From Neorhizobium sp. UBA7851 (GTDB lineage Bacteria > Pseudomonadota > Alphaproteobacteria > Rhizobiales > Rhizobiaceae): a stretch of 64,000 nucleotides of DNA. A program made the translations under genes and the position numbers. Below are positions 63,683 to 64,000 of this stretch, piece by piece (the stretch's first letter is position 1; each line of letters begins with the position of its first letter). The notes beneath the pieces are model-generated. The model did no database searches, had not been told where the DNA came from, and saw only the letters and a list, made by a program, of their open reading frames with translations. Location of the stretch: positions 16,859-80,858 of the forward strand of contig DLSX01000130.1 in assembly GCA_002500765.1 (NCBI GenBank), in the 5' to 3' direction.

Positions 63683-64000
63683 TTAACCCTTTACGCCACC
63701 GGCAGAGATGCCTTCGACGAAGTATTTCTGAGACATGAAGAACACCAGCAACGACGGCAGAAGCGTCAGCACCGACATGGCAAGGATGCGGTTCCACTCG
63801 AACGATTCAGCCGTGTCGATCGACAGTTTGAGAGCCAGTGAAACAGGAAACTTTTCAACCGAGGAGATGTAGATCAACGGACCGAGAAAATCGTCCATGG
63901 TCCACATGAACTGGAACAGTCCTACCGAAATCATGGCGGGCACCAGCATGGGCACGACTACATAGATCAGCGCCTGGAAACTGGTGGCGCCATCGACGCG
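63683..64000 (-). CDS. Sugar ABC permease, TogN-like (runs off the window end)
   Basis: RVDGA..FQ (end of the EAA loop) and [14 protein letters not shown]. Confidence 0.85.
   Translation of the reverse strand, partial: RVDGATSFQALIYVVVPMLVPAMISVGLFQFMWTMDDFLGPLIYISSVEKFPVSLALKLSIDTAESFEWNRILAMSVLTLLPSLLVFFMSQKYFVEGISAGGVKG

Noticed and set aside
1..64000. CRISPR array, tRNA/rRNA, IS, integrase or prophage genes
   Set aside because: None recognised by eye. Dedicated scans were not run.

Overview
GC-rich chromosomal window whose gene content and order suggest a Rhizobiaceae genome. The assignment is inferred from sequence only. Most genes are core or housekeeping: glgE-treS/mak-glgB, ycaQ, bioMNY, xseB, dxs, tlyA, a beta-oxidation pair, two BA14K genes, tsaC, ubiA, cfa, tex, purD, an MCP, glyQ/glyS split by lemA-DUF2207, ispB, ispE, moaB and a Tog-like ABC transporter. 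Several one- or two-gene inserts sit between them: a COG3910 ATPase, YceI/cytochrome b561, an animal-type heme peroxidase, HxlR/NmrA, parD with a broken parE, and an orphan nucleotidyltransferase. I saw no tRNA, rRNA, CRISPR array, transposase or integrase. Signals read directly from the DNA and absent from the ORF track are a cobalamin riboswitch ahead of a Rieske oxygenase with no adjacent reductase, a perfect alpha-type SOS box at ycaQ, a LiuR box, EcfG-type promoters, an internally deleted parE, and a low-GC in-frame segment inside the essential glyS. I cannot demonstrate a complete new system. The best candidates are the glyS insert with its downstream variable slot, and the B12-riboswitch Rieske locus. 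All family assignments come from motif recognition, not database searches.
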